A stretch of 64,000 bases of DNA from a virus (taxonomy: Duplodnaviria; Caudoviricetes). The DNA is taken from IMG/VR virus record IMGVR_UViG_3300030419_006251, positions 128,001 to 192,000 of that record; one strand, given 5' to 3'. Under the pieces are notes generated by a model. The model made no database searches. It worked only from the letters and a program-made list of their open reading frames with translations, and had not been told where the DNA came from. Positions within the stretch are counted from its first letter, which is position 1. The number at the start of each line of letters is the position of its first letter. The translations under genes and the position numbers were made by a program. This document shows, piece by piece, positions 1 to 11,196 of the stretch.

Positions 1-344
1 GGGCCCAAGCCAGTAGAATTCGCTGGAACAAGCAGGTATAGTGAAATTAGGCCAAAGCTACTTGGGTATCCTGATTGTTTATATCCAAGTTGTCTGCCCA
101 AGCGCACAATATTATTATATTCTACGGCCGTGTCTAAGAAAGTTTCATTAACTTGGTAGTCGATATAGAACGACATAACATCGCCAATATAGGCAACAGT
201 ATCAAGCATTAGGGCGCCGAAAGAAGCTTCATTAAAATCTTGAAAAGTATCTGGATAATATCTCTTTGCATACTGCACTAAATCATTCTTTATTGAATTA
301 AACTCTCTGCTAGTATAATTTATTGGTATTACTTTTGTTGGCAT
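1..344 (-). CDS. Baseplate wedge subunit, T4 gp6-like (runs off the window edge)
   Basis: Manual translation from the ATG at 344 (RBS AGAGGA): MPTKVIPINYTSREFNSIKNDLVQYAKRYYPDTFQDFNEASFGALMLDTVAYIGDVMSFYIDYQVNETFLDTA. This is the characteristic gp6-family N-terminus, and the gene lies next to a gp25-like gene. Confidence 0.85.
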   Translation of the reverse strand, partial: MPTKVIPINYTSREFNSIKNDLVQYAKRYYPDTFQDFNEASFGALMLDTVAYIGDVMSFYIDYQVNETFLDTAVEYNNIVRLGRQLGYKQSGYPSSFGLISLYLLVPANSTGLG

Positions 345-369
345 TTTATCCTCTTTTGATTAATTAATA

Positions 370-966
370 TCATACCCACCATCGTGTCGGAAAATCTTGT
401 AATGAATCTTCAGATTCCGACTCGCTCTCTTCGCCTTCTTCATCATATTCGTCGGCGCCAGTAGAAGAAGGGTGCTCAGAATATCTCGGGCCGGGAGCAT
501 CTGAATCTGCAGTATCGGATACTTCTTCGTCCGTTGGTTCCAATTCTAGTTCGCTTTCAGAGTCTGAAACCTCTAATATATCTGGAGTAGCCTGGAGATC
601 AATCCAGGCAACCTCTCCTGTTGTTAAGATTCTAAAAGTTATATTAATTTTAAGCAGATTTTTATCAACATCGGTGCCTGTAAAATCAACACTTTGGATT
701 TTAATATAGGGAAGATATTCTGCTGCCTGTGCTTTGATCGCGCTTTTTAGGTTATTCCTAACATATGGCAAATTCATTTCAAACAAATATTTTCTCATAC
801 AGACGCCGAACTTGGGTTCCATTATTCGCTCGCCCGGGCAACAAAGAAGAAGATTCATAAAGTTTTGTACAGCCACCTGCTTCAATGACATATTTTGTGT
901 GAATCCCGTATCGGGATCTATTTGAAATGGTAGAATTCTCGGTGAGTATCCGTGAGCTGATGACAT
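370..966 (-). CDS. Baseplate wedge protein, gp25/GPW-like, with acidic C-terminal tail
   Basis: NLLLCCPGERIMEPKFGVCMRKYLFE matches the gp25 pattern (LLTxxGERxxxPxFG); baseplate context. Confidence 0.85.
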   Translation of the reverse strand: MSSAHGYSPRILPFQIDPDTGFTQNMSLKQVAVQNFMNLLLCCPGERIMEPKFGVCMRKYLFEMNLPYVRNNLKSAIKAQAAEYLPYIKIQSVDFTGTDVDKNLLKINITFRILTTGEVAWIDLQATPDILEVSDSESELELEPTDEEVSDTADSDAPGPRYSEHPSSTGADEYDEEGEESESESEDSLQDFPTRWWV

Positions 967-1005
967 TTTAATTCCTCACTAACTAAGTATTAGCTTTTTA
1001 ATAAT

Positions 1006-4000
1006 TTAGCCACTATTATATGCCGCTTTTTCAGCATCGGCGCCCATATCATCGTCGCATTCGGGTCCTTCTAACTGCCTATTGACAAAAAACTTAGGAT
1101 TCCAATCAAAGAAAGGAGGCAAATTAACCTTAAATTTAAACTTAGGAAGAGAGAACTTACCATTTACTTTATTATCCCAATCATAGGCGTGCATAAAAAA
1201 GTCTCTTAGTAGCTCTTTAGTTTCTCCAAAGGGCGGGGCTTTGCCGTATTTATCCCAGTTTCTGTAACTCTTCTTTTTCTGTTGACCTTTAAACCAAAGC
1301 AGCCAATCGCCGGTTTCGAGGCCTGGGCCGGCGCTATGTTGTATATTTCTCATAAATTGGCCGATTCGAGAACCATCGTAAGGATCACCGGGGCCATCGC
1401 CCGGGGCGTTTTCAGGACTAACCTCTTGATACCACCCATCGTCCATTCCAATAGAATCTAAGAAACAGTGCATCATATAGATTGTTGGTAATGACAAAAA
1501 TCTATCTAATGCGAATACATATTCAAATAATGTTCTGAACTCTGTGTCGCTTATAAATTGGTCCAGCATACATTCAAAGTCATAATCTTCTACGATATCA
1601 AAATTATTAATTTTAAGATCTCCAGGAATTTCAATTTCTGTCGATGCTATGGGAATTAAATTAACCGGATCTCCTCCCAAATATTCAATATTAAATGCTT
1701 TATTTTTTAATGATATATCGCTAGAAACTTGGCCGCACAACTGTTGAATATCGGAAGTTCCGTGAAAACTAGGGACATAAGATAATCTAAGGCCATATGA
1801 CCACTTCTCAAATAAGTCAGAAATTTTATAACTGTCTTCTTCATCTCCCTCTTCGGTCGTAGATGTGTAAGTAAAATTATTGTTTTCGGAAAGATAAGTT
1901 TTCCACTCCTCCATATTAACAATTTTAAATAGGTGCTCTGAGCGCGAGCCGGTGTCTAAATCAATAGCGGCTTCAGAAGAATCTTCATAATCTTCAATTT
2001 TTATATATTTTTCAACCACAAATCCTCCGTTTTGTAAATATGCAAAGTTGCCAGAATAATAGCCTTCGCCGCCAAAACGATCTTCCTGCAAATCAACTGC
2101 GACATCTGTCACATAAGCTCCGATAGGTCCTTCTGATAAGTTTAATCCTCCTTGCAGAAAGTGTAGCTGTAAGTTATCAATTTCGGAGCATGCCCAATTT
2201 GCAAATTTTCCCGAACCTTCTTCGAATTCATGTCTGAAAAGTTCTTTTGCTACAGTGGTCATGTATGGTTCGCTATTCTCCCACACCTTTCTTCTCCGAG
2301 CTTTGCGTTTTCTATGAAACCAGTCGGCTTGTGGCTGGTTATATAGTTTAGTATTAATTTCATCAATTTTCTCAACCGCCATAAGAGCTTCTGCTGAACC
2401 TGACATATTTCCAGCCGAAACCTGTCTAGCATACATTGCGCAGCATTGTTCTAAAAATTTATAATCATAGCGATTGTGACCTTTACTTATTCTTCCAAGC
2501 GAGCCAAATATTTTGCTTCTTCTAGAATATTGAAATAAAGATTCTCTTAGATTTGCAAATATATATGCTGCTAATAAGTCTCCAAAACAGCCGGTCGAAG
2601 GATTAAACTTCATAAATGCCGGAACGGCACAAATCATTTTTTCGAATATCGTTGTACGCATTGTGGCCTTAATATAACCCTCTATCTTTGCTTTTGATTC
2701 TCGATCATTAACTCGATCAAACGGAGGATCCCAAACACAACTTGGATCAGAAGACACGCGATCATCAGAATCAATGTTGTCCATTGCTTTCGAGATGTGT
2801 TCTGCTACACCGCTCCAATTAAAGATATCGGCACTTACCTGCTCTTCGCAAGGATTCGCGGGGCCGGGCAAATATTCGTCTGCTATTCTTGCCCAACCTT
2901 TTTGATATTGTTGGTGTACATAGTAAGCCCCTACTCCATACTCTTCTTCTGGCAAATCAACGATCTCTGACAGGCCCTCACTTCCCGGTACCGGGACGGG
3001 CCGGTACCACCCAGTATCCTCATTATTATTTGGATGGTATGGAAATTCTTTGCGGTTTTTCTTCCGGGTACTTCGAGGAAGCGGAATTTCTTTCTTATCT
3101 TCATCATCTCCCTTGAATTTAGATATACCAGCATCCAAACACTCTTCTTCAGAAAGTTCTTTTAAATAAAAATTTAACAGGCCGCTGTCCCACGCATCGT
3201 CATCATCTGAGATTTGCGCAGCATATTCTTCGACAAAACTTTCACATAAGCCTGAGTAATCTTGTCCGTAAAGCTTCTGCCACACTGATTCTAAATTGCT
3301 TTGTTCCGCTTCTTCTCCAGATTCAACAATTGCAGATTCAATAACATTGGTGATGTGTGTTGCCCATATAGTAGGCTTTTGCTGTCTATTAGCCACATCT
3401 AATTCCATCGAAGATATGTGGTCTAATATGTCTGAGTCTAAAGCGCGGACGACTCTGATTATTGGATCCAGCGCGGATTTGGAGCGACTTGAGTTTGGCG
3501 CGCCGTTTGATAGCGGACCGAATCCTTTGAAAAAAGAATCAAAATTTCCTCTCCGATCTTTATCAAACTGCATTGTATATTCTCCGACTGAGCTGGCCGC
3601 CTGACTACTTCTGCTGACTCCAATTGCGTTTGGCACTAGTCTGAAAATATGAAGCTTTCCAACATCCTTAGTTAATTCTTCTTCGTCATAAAGCGCTGTG
3701 TCAGTATATCCCTCGGGTATAAAGTCTAATTCATTTCTTTCTTCATTCCAAAAATGAAAATGATATGCTGGCTGGCCAGCCTCCTTGTGTGAGTTAGCAC
3801 CCATAGATGGATCCGTACCCATAAATTGCATCCTAGCATGCGGTTCTGGATAATAGTGGAACTTCTCTTTTCCTATTTTATATTTGCGATATATAACATA
3901 TCTGGGATCATATTCATATTCTACTCCCCAATCAGTAGCAATTCTTTTATAAGCTTCATTAACTTCCCAAACATCATAAGCTGTTGATTCATCCTTATCG

Positions 4001-7000
4001 AGTTTTCGATCGTTTGAGTCTAATTCGTGATAATACTTTTTAGTATCCTCCCATACGCGACCATAGGAAGAAACATATACATTTTTTCCTTGATAAGTGC
4101 CTAAAGAATTATCCCACGATTTTGAAAATCCGCCGTCAAGAGCACCATAACCAACACCTTCGACTGGATCAAAATTTAAAAATGTAAAATTTCTACCGTA
4201 ATTATCGATTACAGTGCTAGAGGCGATCTCCCTATGAACTCTAATTGTGGCGCCTTCTTCTGTAGCGCCTGAACGCATGATGTCTCGAAGATATTTTCCA
4301 ACTGTTTCTGGGTTTCCAGCAATTGCTTTTTCTAACAAATCGACCAATCTTCTATCGTGTTCTTGTTTTCCTCGGCCGTCCATGTCTGACTGGATTCTAT
4401 CCATTAATCCGCCGGGACCGATAAGCTCTCTTTCATATGTTATTTGCAAGAACTGAATATCATCTCCCACATCATTGGCGAACATACTACGATCAAAAGC
4501 AGTATCTCTAGGAAGAAAGCTGCCATCATCCATATTCTCACAAGGTATTAAAGAGCCTGTCGGCAGAAGATTACTAATATCTCCACCAGACTGCGCTAAT
4601 TTTAAAGCCTCATCAAGTGTAGAATCTAAATCTGCTAAAGTAGAATCCGTCAAATGCTCACATGCTTCTTCCGGGATTCCTAAATTACAAAATGCATCCT
4701 TAATAGGTTCTCGAACTCCACAAAACGGAATTACAGGCCCACAACCATCTTCGTCAACGCAACTCTTACTTTCCAAATAAGAATCTCTTAATGCGTCAAT
4801 AGTTTTGGTTCCAATAAAAGTTTGACCAATAGTTTTGTAAAGAGCGCGAAGATTGTTTGCATTTCCAAGTGTACCCGCCAAAGGTGTCTCGCTGTATCTA
4901 TAAAAGTCTGCTGCATCTCTTAATGCACGAGTTGATGGTGAACCACCGAGCAATTCTAAAGAGTCCCTTACTGATGCCACTTCCATATAGCTACCCATAG
5001 ATGTCAGGGCGATTTCGCCGATTGCAAGTAGCTCTTCTTCCGTCTGAGCGCCGGTGGCGCCTAAAGCAGATAAGATAGTCGCCATTGCTGTTGCTATTTC
5101 ATTGTCTGTAGCATTCGTGCCACACATAGTATCTTTTAACAAATTAGAGAACTCGCCGGCGCTCATTAAGCCAGTGGCCGTAAGTGCGGCTGAACCTAAA
5201 ACATTCATCAAAGAACAAAGTACTCCGAATATCCATTCAAGTATTTTTTTCAACATAGTCATTAAAGCTTGTACAATTGCTGCTTCCAAAGCGGCGAGTA
5301 TTAAATTGCCAATGGCTTTCATGGCATCCCAAAATCTATATGGTCTATTGAAAACAATTCTAGGAATTATAAGTGGTTTTCCAGATCTACAAAATCCGAA
5401 GTCCCACTGAGATATCGCCCTCGTCAGATCATTATACCAGCCCTTGATCGGCGGATGAAAAATTGCAACGCCAGGGCACTTAGTTAAGTCAATCAAATTT
5501 CTTAAAAATGTGAATCCAGGAATATTTTCTAATAAATCTAAAATTTCATCCGGTTGAAGCAAGTCCATTAAAGCTTTAATGTATGCGTCTTTGATATCTT
5601 TTACGGCGCCGGAATCTACTAAAACAGAACCTAATGTTTTTGTCTTGCTAGCATCATCTGTCCCTTGGTATGATGGGGTTATTGTTGCCGCATCGGCCAA
5701 ACCTTCTTCATAAGCTTCTTGTTTTGCAGCACTATTTACTGGATCGTCTATGCTGCTGTGTGAGGTTGTCCATCGAAGCGTTTCTGTCTGAGTAGTCGTG
5801 GTATAATCGTCGGGGCCCAAGCCGGTCTGTTCTGTAGTGGTTAAAGTGACTTCTTGTTCTCGATTCATGGTTGTCGGATTTTCATTCAACTGTTCTTGTG
5901 CGGCTTCATAGTGCTTTTGTATTGCCGCGTCTTGTAGTACCTGGGCTGTTCTTTGCTGCCTCTCCAGTGAAGGTTCCTTGTCCCATGGTCTCCAATCTTG
6001 AAGATTCTCAGAAAGGCCTGCGGTAGCGTTGGCAGCTATCTCATTCTGCACATGAGGAGGTAAACCTACCAGAAGCCTTTTAAACAAATTCATGTCCATA
6101 TTCTGAAGTGCGCTTATTAAGGCTTTTTCAAGAATGTCACCAAAATCTACACCATTGAACAGACATTGAAATAAAGTTTCCAAAAAGTCCAACAGACCAC
6201 AAACACCTAATTGGCCTAAAATCTTACGCCACAAGTCATCAGCCGATCTAATATAATCCAAACTATCAATCATTTGTGACATAAACGGATCATTAGTTAG
6301 TACTTGATTAACCGCGGCTTTTGTTGCCTCTTCTAAGTCTTGCCCAAATGGTGATTTAACGAGTTTCCCCTCGGGATCCCCCCGGGGATCACGAAGTCTA
6401 GTTCCGGTGTTTTCCGGGTCATCTGGTGTGTGGTATTTTGTCCAATAATCTGCCCACGCCTCAGAGCCTTCTTCGATCGTTTGGCAAAGCTGTTGATCGA
6501 ATTTGCTTGTTAAAGTTTCAATAAATACATTTACACCGCTCTGTAGGATTCCTTCTAAAGCGCTTGAGGTGGAATTGCAAGCAGGGTCGTTGTCCGCTAA
6601 TTCGTTAAAGTTCGCAATTCTTACTTTTGGATATGTCCATAATGTAATAAAGTCTTGCCACTCCATAGGAGTTGTGGCTTTTGCAACATCATCCATATAT
6701 GTAATCGAAGCAACATAAGCCATCGTTCGCGGATCTGTTTGAGGATAGGTATTAGCAAAATCATCCCATCCTTTTGCAATTTTAAACTCAGGATTAACAA
6801 ATGGGTTCATTAAATATTCTTCGTCATCATATTTTTCTTGCAACAATGTCTTATAATAGTCTTGCCCAGTAAGAGTGATGGGTGGGCAGCCCCGAAGATT
6901 ATATGTCACGCTTTGGATAGAATATGTTGGAGAAAATTCTATTTTTATATTCTCAATTCCATTTTTCTTGTTGTGTTCGCCCAAATAAGTAAATTGCCAT

Positions 7001-8970
7001 CCATCCGTATTTTCATTTAGAAAGTCTAATAAATTATTTTTAAAATCTCTTAAATTAGTGGCCTGTTGCACTAAATCTGAAGATGCAAGTATCTTCTTAT
7101 AGTTCGGCGGCTGTTCTTCGCCATATTTGGTATTTAACCATGTATTCCAAGCATTGAGTCGCTTAGTACTTACAGCAGGTTCGTAGGAGTCAATATTATC
7201 CTCTAGGTTTACAGACTCTGCATCTGAATATTCATCATCGTCAACCACCTCATCAACTTCCGGTACACCGGTATCTTCTAAGGTTTCGATAACGCACATT
7301 CGATTGTCTTCGTAGGCCATCGGCACTCGCTTTTTTCCATAATGATTAATTAACCATCTAACGCGAGTAAACATACCATCTGCCACATCTTCCGTTGTAA
7401 ATTCTACTTCATAAGGTAGACTTACATCAACGCCTTCTTCGCTAGTTACAGAATATGGTTGGTCTTCTCCGGGGGCGGCCTCTGGTATTTGACTAAATAT
7501 TAATGATGGTATGCATATTAATACTTTGATTCTGGAGCCTGCTGTATTTGAAACATACCAATCTGTGGCCATAACCTGATCATAAGTTAGTAAATATTGA
7601 CCAGCAGGACTCTGCTCAACATCGTACTGCCATGCCTTAGATGGTGTAGCAATACCCACATCTGCCGAAGGACCGCTAGAAACTTGTTGTTCTTCTTGTT
7701 CATGACTAATAAACTCTATATCTGCAGCTTCTTCCTCCTCCTCTTCGATCGCGGTTTCTTCCGTTACTTCTTCTTCATATTCAATAACCATAGTAGCCCA
7801 ATCTTCAAAAGTTTTGGGGTCATCATCGCTCAAGTATTCTTCATTGTGCGTCCGATTGCCAGTAACAAGATACATGCTCTCTATTTGATATAACACTGTA
7901 CTTTGTGATGAGGTTGCTTTATGGTATGATTCGTTATCGGCGTCCCAAACCCATAAGTTGCCAGCAAGATCTATGCGCAATCCAGTGGTAGATTTTGAAG
8001 TTGGTATGTATTCTGTTAAAGCGTCAGCCTTAGTAAGACTGGTTTCGTCAAATGCAATACCCTCTGCTTCGACATAATCTCTATATGTGCGCCAAGCGCT
8101 TGGCGCATCCTCATCTTCCGGGTCAGAAGAGACTTTAAAAAATGATGTCTCTGAATTCCAACCATATGGACTATTTGATCCATCCTCATTATCGGCATCG
8201 TAATACCAATCCTTTCCAGACGACGGGCTTCTGCTGACAGTTCCATGTTCAATAGGCTCGTTGTTCTCAGTCATATTGCCTTCGATGTCAAAATAGACGC
8301 GTTCTTTGCTAGCTGGGTCTATGGTTTCATAATCAGATGTATCTTCTGCATCTGCTGATCTAGTTGCACCCCCGCCTAGGCGCGCGCAGCCACTTTCTAT
8401 TGGAGATTCAAGAGAGCCTGGAGCAGGGATGGAGCCGTCCGGGCGACAGAGATCTAAAGGACCAACCCAATTAAGATCTTTTGCATAAAATCGAATTAAT
8501 TTAGCAAGGCCAGTGACTTTTGCCGATTCCATTACCGTGTTTTTAATCCAATCATCAAAGAGCGCGTCGGAATCAGTGCTCATCTCTATCCCCGACATGT
8601 CAGTCCAATCCTCAAGTGTATAGTCTGTCCACACAGTAACACAATAATCACAAGTTTTCTTATTTAGAAATGGTCTAACTCTGTTCTTCCAATCGGGAAT
8701 TTGAGATTCCGGATAATCCGGATCCGGAACACACTCCGGGCATAATGGCTCCGTACATATGTCATCTTCGTCTTCATCTTCCTCACAAGGAAAAATATCT
8801 GCTGCTGTTAAGTCAACTTCTTCTTCAGCCTCAGCGGCTTCAGTTTCTAGCTCGGGTGGGATGTCTGTCGGATCTATTGATGAGTCCGGATCTCTGTCGG
8901 TACCGACCTCAAGATCGTCTGCGGTATCTGTTGGATCTGTATCTGCTGTAGGATCTGTAGTCTCTGACAT
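1006..8970 (-). CDS. Very large acidic putative virion/baseplate-associated protein (2654 aa)
   Basis: Uninterrupted ORF between spike-like and gp25-like genes. Acidic, with a Cys-rich N-terminal patch and a central hydrophobic helical segment. No family recognised. Confidence 0.6.
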   Translation of the reverse strand: MSETTDPTADTDPTDTADDLEVGTDRDPDSSIDPTDIPPELETEAAEAEEEVDLTAADIFPCEEDEDEDDICTEPLCPECVPDPDYPESQIPDWKNRVRPFLNKKTCDYCVTVWTDYTLEDWTDMSGIEMSTDSDALFDDWIKNTVMESAKVTGLAKLIRFYAKDLNWVGPLDLCRPDGSIPAPGSLESPIESGCARLGGGATRSADAEDTSDYETIDPASKERVYFDIEGNMTENNEPIEHGTVSRSPSSGKDWYYDADNEDGSNSPYGWNSETSFFKVSSDPEDEDAPSAWRTYRDYVEAEGIAFDETSLTKADALTEYIPTSKSTTGLRIDLAGNLWVWDADNESYHKATSSQSTVLYQIESMYLVTGNRTHNEEYLSDDDPKTFEDWATMVIEYEEEVTEETAIEEEEEEAADIEFISHEQEEQQVSSGPSADVGIATPSKAWQYDVEQSPAGQYLLTYDQVMATDWYVSNTAGSRIKVLICIPSLIFSQIPEAAPGEDQPYSVTSEEGVDVSLPYEVEFTTEDVADGMFTRVRWLINHYGKKRVPMAYEDNRMCVIETLEDTGVPEVDEVVDDDEYSDAESVNLEDNIDSYEPAVSTKRLNAWNTWLNTKYGEEQPPNYKKILASSDLVQQATNLRDFKNNLLDFLNENTDGWQFTYLGEHNKKNGIENIKIEFSPTYSIQSVTYNLRGCPPITLTGQDYYKTLLQEKYDDEEYLMNPFVNPEFKIAKGWDDFANTYPQTDPRTMAYVASITYMDDVAKATTPMEWQDFITLWTYPKVRIANFNELADNDPACNSTSSALEGILQSGVNVFIETLTSKFDQQLCQTIEEGSEAWADYWTKYHTPDDPENTGTRLRDPRGDPEGKLVKSPFGQDLEEATKAAVNQVLTNDPFMSQMIDSLDYIRSADDLWRKILGQLGVCGLLDFLETLFQCLFNGVDFGDILEKALISALQNMDMNLFKRLLVGLPPHVQNEIAANATAGLSENLQDWRPWDKEPSLERQQRTAQVLQDAAIQKHYEAAQEQLNENPTTMNREQEVTLTTTEQTGLGPDDYTTTTQTETLRWTTSHSSIDDPVNSAAKQEAYEEGLADAATITPSYQGTDDASKTKTLGSVLVDSGAVKDIKDAYIKALMDLLQPDEILDLLENIPGFTFLRNLIDLTKCPGVAIFHPPIKGWYNDLTRAISQWDFGFCRSGKPLIIPRIVFNRPYRFWDAMKAIGNLILAALEAAIVQALMTMLKKILEWIFGVLCSLMNVLGSAALTATGLMSAGEFSNLLKDTMCGTNATDNEIATAMATILSALGATGAQTEEELLAIGEIALTSMGSYMEVASVRDSLELLGGSPSTRALRDAADFYRYSETPLAGTLGNANNLRALYKTIGQTFIGTKTIDALRDSYLESKSCVDEDGCGPVIPFCGVREPIKDAFCNLGIPEEACEHLTDSTLADLDSTLDEALKLAQSGGDISNLLPTGSLIPCENMDDGSFLPRDTAFDRSMFANDVGDDIQFLQITYERELIGPGGLMDRIQSDMDGRGKQEHDRRLVDLLEKAIAGNPETVGKYLRDIMRSGATEEGATIRVHREIASSTVIDNYGRNFTFLNFDPVEGVGYGALDGGFSKSWDNSLGTYQGKNVYVSSYGRVWEDTKKYYHELDSNDRKLDKDESTAYDVWEVNEAYKRIATDWGVEYEYDPRYVIYRKYKIGKEKFHYYPEPHARMQFMGTDPSMGANSHKEAGQPAYHFHFWNEERNELDFIPEGYTDTALYDEEELTKDVGKLHIFRLVPNAIGVSRSSQAASSVGEYTMQFDKDRRGNFDSFFKGFGPLSNGAPNSSRSKSALDPIIRVVRALDSDILDHISSMELDVANRQQKPTIWATHITNVIESAIVESGEEAEQSNLESVWQKLYGQDYSGLCESFVEEYAAQISDDDDAWDSGLLNFYLKELSEEECLDAGISKFKGDDEDKKEIPLPRSTRKKNRKEFPYHPNNNEDTGWYRPVPVPGSEGLSEIVDLPEEEYGVGAYYVHQQYQKGWARIADEYLPGPANPCEEQVSADIFNWSGVAEHISKAMDNIDSDDRVSSDPSCVWDPPFDRVNDRESKAKIEGYIKATMRTTIFEKMICAVPAFMKFNPSTGCFGDLLAAYIFANLRESLFQYSRRSKIFGSLGRISKGHNRYDYKFLEQCCAMYARQVSAGNMSGSAEALMAVEKIDEINTKLYNQPQADWFHRKRKARRRKVWENSEPYMTTVAKELFRHEFEEGSGKFANWACSEIDNLQLHFLQGGLNLSEGPIGAYVTDVAVDLQEDRFGGEGYYSGNFAYLQNGGFVVEKYIKIEDYEDSSEAAIDLDTGSRSEHLFKIVNMEEWKTYLSENNNFTYTSTTEEGDEEDSYKISDLFEKWSYGLRLSYVPSFHGTSDIQQLCGQVSSDISLKNKAFNIEYLGGDPVNLIPIASTEIEIPGDLKINNFDIVEDYDFECMLDQFISDTEFRTLFEYVFALDRFLSLPTIYMMHCFLDSIGMDDGWYQEVSPENAPGDGPGDPYDGSRIGQFMRNIQHSAGPGLETGDWLLWFKGQQKKKSYRNWDKYGKAPPFGETKELLRDFFMHAYDWDNKVNGKFSLPKFKFKVNLPPFFDWNPKFFVNRQLEGPECDDDMGADAEKAAYNSG

Positions 8971-8971
8971 T

Positions 8972-9934
8972 TTAGTTTACCTTGTTCCATTTACTTCTAA
9001 TGGCGAATTCGCCATGTTCGTGCAAATAAGTATTTACAAATAAATTCTGTAAGTTCTTGTGCACGGTTTTAGTATCTGTATTTGAAATGGAGAGTTGTTG
9101 ATTACATGCAATAACGGCTCCCGGGAGAGTCGGTGATGGTGAGGTCGGGATCCCAAAAAAAGGCGAATTGTGAAAGTGGGTACCCAAAGCATAGTTCATT
9201 TTTTTTATCACTCCTTGTGTGCGCATCAAATTTGCACACAAAGACATCATCATATCTGCTAATTCTTCAAACGCAAAAACCAAGTTGTCTCCCTTCACCA
9301 TGGGCTGTAAAAGATCTGGATCTGCGCCGGCAATTAAATCTATACCTTGAATTCCGTCGATTGGCTCACTGTGTGAATTTCGAGCTTCAGTTCTGGTCAC
9401 TAGTTTAATACCCTCTCGTCCCACCAGTCTAATTGCGTCTGCTTTTGCAGCTACGCAGGACCGGTCTTTAGAATTAACACATCCCTTTTCTGGTTCGGCA
9501 CCCTCCATAGCTCTCGGATCATATACATCTATTCCCAGATATCGATCGATATCTGCGTTTTGGGAAATATAAACTCTGGCAGCATCTGTAATAAAATTTG
9601 TATCAACAGTGTTATTGGGGTCTGGATCGTAGCTTGATCTACCACATACCAAATCAATGCTGGAGCATCCGTGTGACCCGATACCGCCTTTGCCGCTATG
9701 TGGGCTAGCAAATCGATCCGGGCCCAATATAATCCAAGCATTATTAGAGTTGCCAAGTAACAACTCGCCGCCCGTTCGGCGCCAATTAATTCTAGCTTCG
9801 GGAGTATGTGATCCTCTTATTCCACTAGGATCACTATTGGGGTTAGTACCATACTTGTTTGCAATATTATCGCCGTACTCTTTTTGTCCAGGTGTACCGC
9901 CCTTGCTGGGTATTGTTTTATCGTGACTACTCAT
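8972..9934 (-). CDS. Putative baseplate central spike protein (gp5 C-terminal/gpV-like)
   Basis: Beta-rich repeats (DAARVYISQNADID) and a C-terminal HxH apex-like motif (THFHNSP); baseplate context. Confidence 0.55.
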   Translation of the reverse strand: MSSHDKTIPSKGGTPGQKEYGDNIANKYGTNPNSDPSGIRGSHTPEARINWRRTGGELLLGNSNNAWIILGPDRFASPHSGKGGIGSHGCSSIDLVCGRSSYDPDPNNTVDTNFITDAARVYISQNADIDRYLGIDVYDPRAMEGAEPEKGCVNSKDRSCVAAKADAIRLVGREGIKLVTRTEARNSHSEPIDGIQGIDLIAGADPDLLQPMVKGDNLVFAFEELADMMMSLCANLMRTQGVIKKMNYALGTHFHNSPFFGIPTSPSPTLPGAVIACNQQLSISNTDTKTVHKNLQNLFVNTYLHEHGEFAIRSKWNKVN

Positions 9935-9958
9935 AATTTATTACTTTAGTTTAGTTTA

Positions 9959-10891
9959 TTAATTTGTCGTTTTAGATGGCTTCTCGTCTGGTGCTGTCTC
10001 AACCGCAGAAGTAACCAAAGCGGCAGAGGTGGATGCTACTTGGTTCCATATCCTCCCCTCATCCTTGGCCCATTCACCAGCTTTCTCTTTTAGAGTTTGC
10101 TTTTGCGCTGCTGTTGAGGCCTCATTCGCTTCGCTCATCGTCATTGGTGCGTCGGAAGAAATACCATCTTCAAAAGTATCACTAGAACTCTCTGGTTCTT
10201 GTATTATATTAAAAATTATATCATTTTGTACCACTGTTTCCAAATAATATGCATATCCCTCTGATGCATCCGCATCTGGAAAGCTTACACGAACTTTTGA
10301 ACCTATAGTGGGGAGCGAAGCTGCCTGTGACCTATCTGGCAATCCTATACATAATTTACAGTATTCATGAGCATAGGGGCCGGCAGGTTCGCCGAGGAGG
10401 CTTTTGCCCGGGCCAAGATGGCCCGATGTTAAGGGTCCAGGCTGCATAGGTTGAATCTCTGCAATATAAACCCAAAAAACTGGCACTATCAAGCCTTTAA
10501 GTGCGTCTGGACCTCTTAATTCTATATATTCTCGCAATATTGGGAAAGCGTTACTCAAATGATGCTTTTTTATGAAGTTTTCATTAAAATAATGTAAGTC
10601 TTGCATCGCGATTGGAAAATGTTTAGTAACCGTTCCAATATAAGTGTCTTGATTAAATGGCGCCCAGACTGCTTCGCCAGTTTTCCTCATGTTTAACTCA
10701 AACTGCTTTGCTTGACGCACTAATGATTTAAACGGATACCTAGCTGGCTCAAGACTACCTTCATTTTGCATAAAGAACGAGTCGCCGGTACCACAGGAAT
10801 AGTTATGAGGACTACGAAGATCTAATTTTGAATTATTATAAAATAGATTTTCGAATTTTACTGGTGTTTTCGTTGGATCTGAATCGCTCAT
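9959..10891 (-). CDS. Putative baseplate hub/spike N-terminal OB-fold-like protein
   Basis: LPTIGSKVRVSF resembles the gp5/VgrG OB-fold (PxxGxxVxVxF); adjacent to the spike gene. Confidence 0.4.
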   Translation of the reverse strand: MSDSDPTKTPVKFENLFYNNSKLDLRSPHNYSCGTGDSFFMQNEGSLEPARYPFKSLVRQAKQFELNMRKTGEAVWAPFNQDTYIGTVTKHFPIAMQDLHYFNENFIKKHHLSNAFPILREYIELRGPDALKGLIVPVFWVYIAEIQPMQPGPLTSGHLGPGKSLLGEPAGPYAHEYCKLCIGLPDRSQAASLPTIGSKVRVSFPDADASEGYAYYLETVVQNDIIFNIIQEPESSSDTFEDGISSDAPMTMSEANEASTAAQKQTLKEKAGEWAKDEGRIWNQVASTSAALVTSAVETAPDEKPSKTTN

Positions 10892-11196
10892 TCTTCTTCT
10901 CCGCTATCTTTAATTAGATCAAATATCTTTTCTTTGTCAATAGAAAAATCTTGTGACTGATGTTCCTTTTTTTGTATCAATGCAGAGACTTTTACCAACT
11001 GTTCGTTTGATCTTTGCAATGTCTCAACATACTTGGCCGCCACAGGGCCAACCTCTCTGTGGTGTGATTCGTTTCTGCTCAAATACTTAAATACATCGTC
11101 TAAAAGCTCTTTTGTAACTTCGCGATCTGCTCTTATATTATCAATAGCTTCTTGAAGATATTTGTCTAATTTGCTCATATATCGCCCTTGTTCCAC
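10888..11196 (-). CDS. Hypothetical helical protein
   Basis: ORF coupled by overlaps to both neighbours; no motif recognised. Confidence 0.55.
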   Translation of the reverse strand: MEQGRYMSKLDKYLQEAIDNIRADREVTKELLDDVFKYLSRNESHHREVGPVAAKYVETLQRSNEQLVKVSALIQKKEHQSQDFSIDKEKIFDLIKDSGEEE

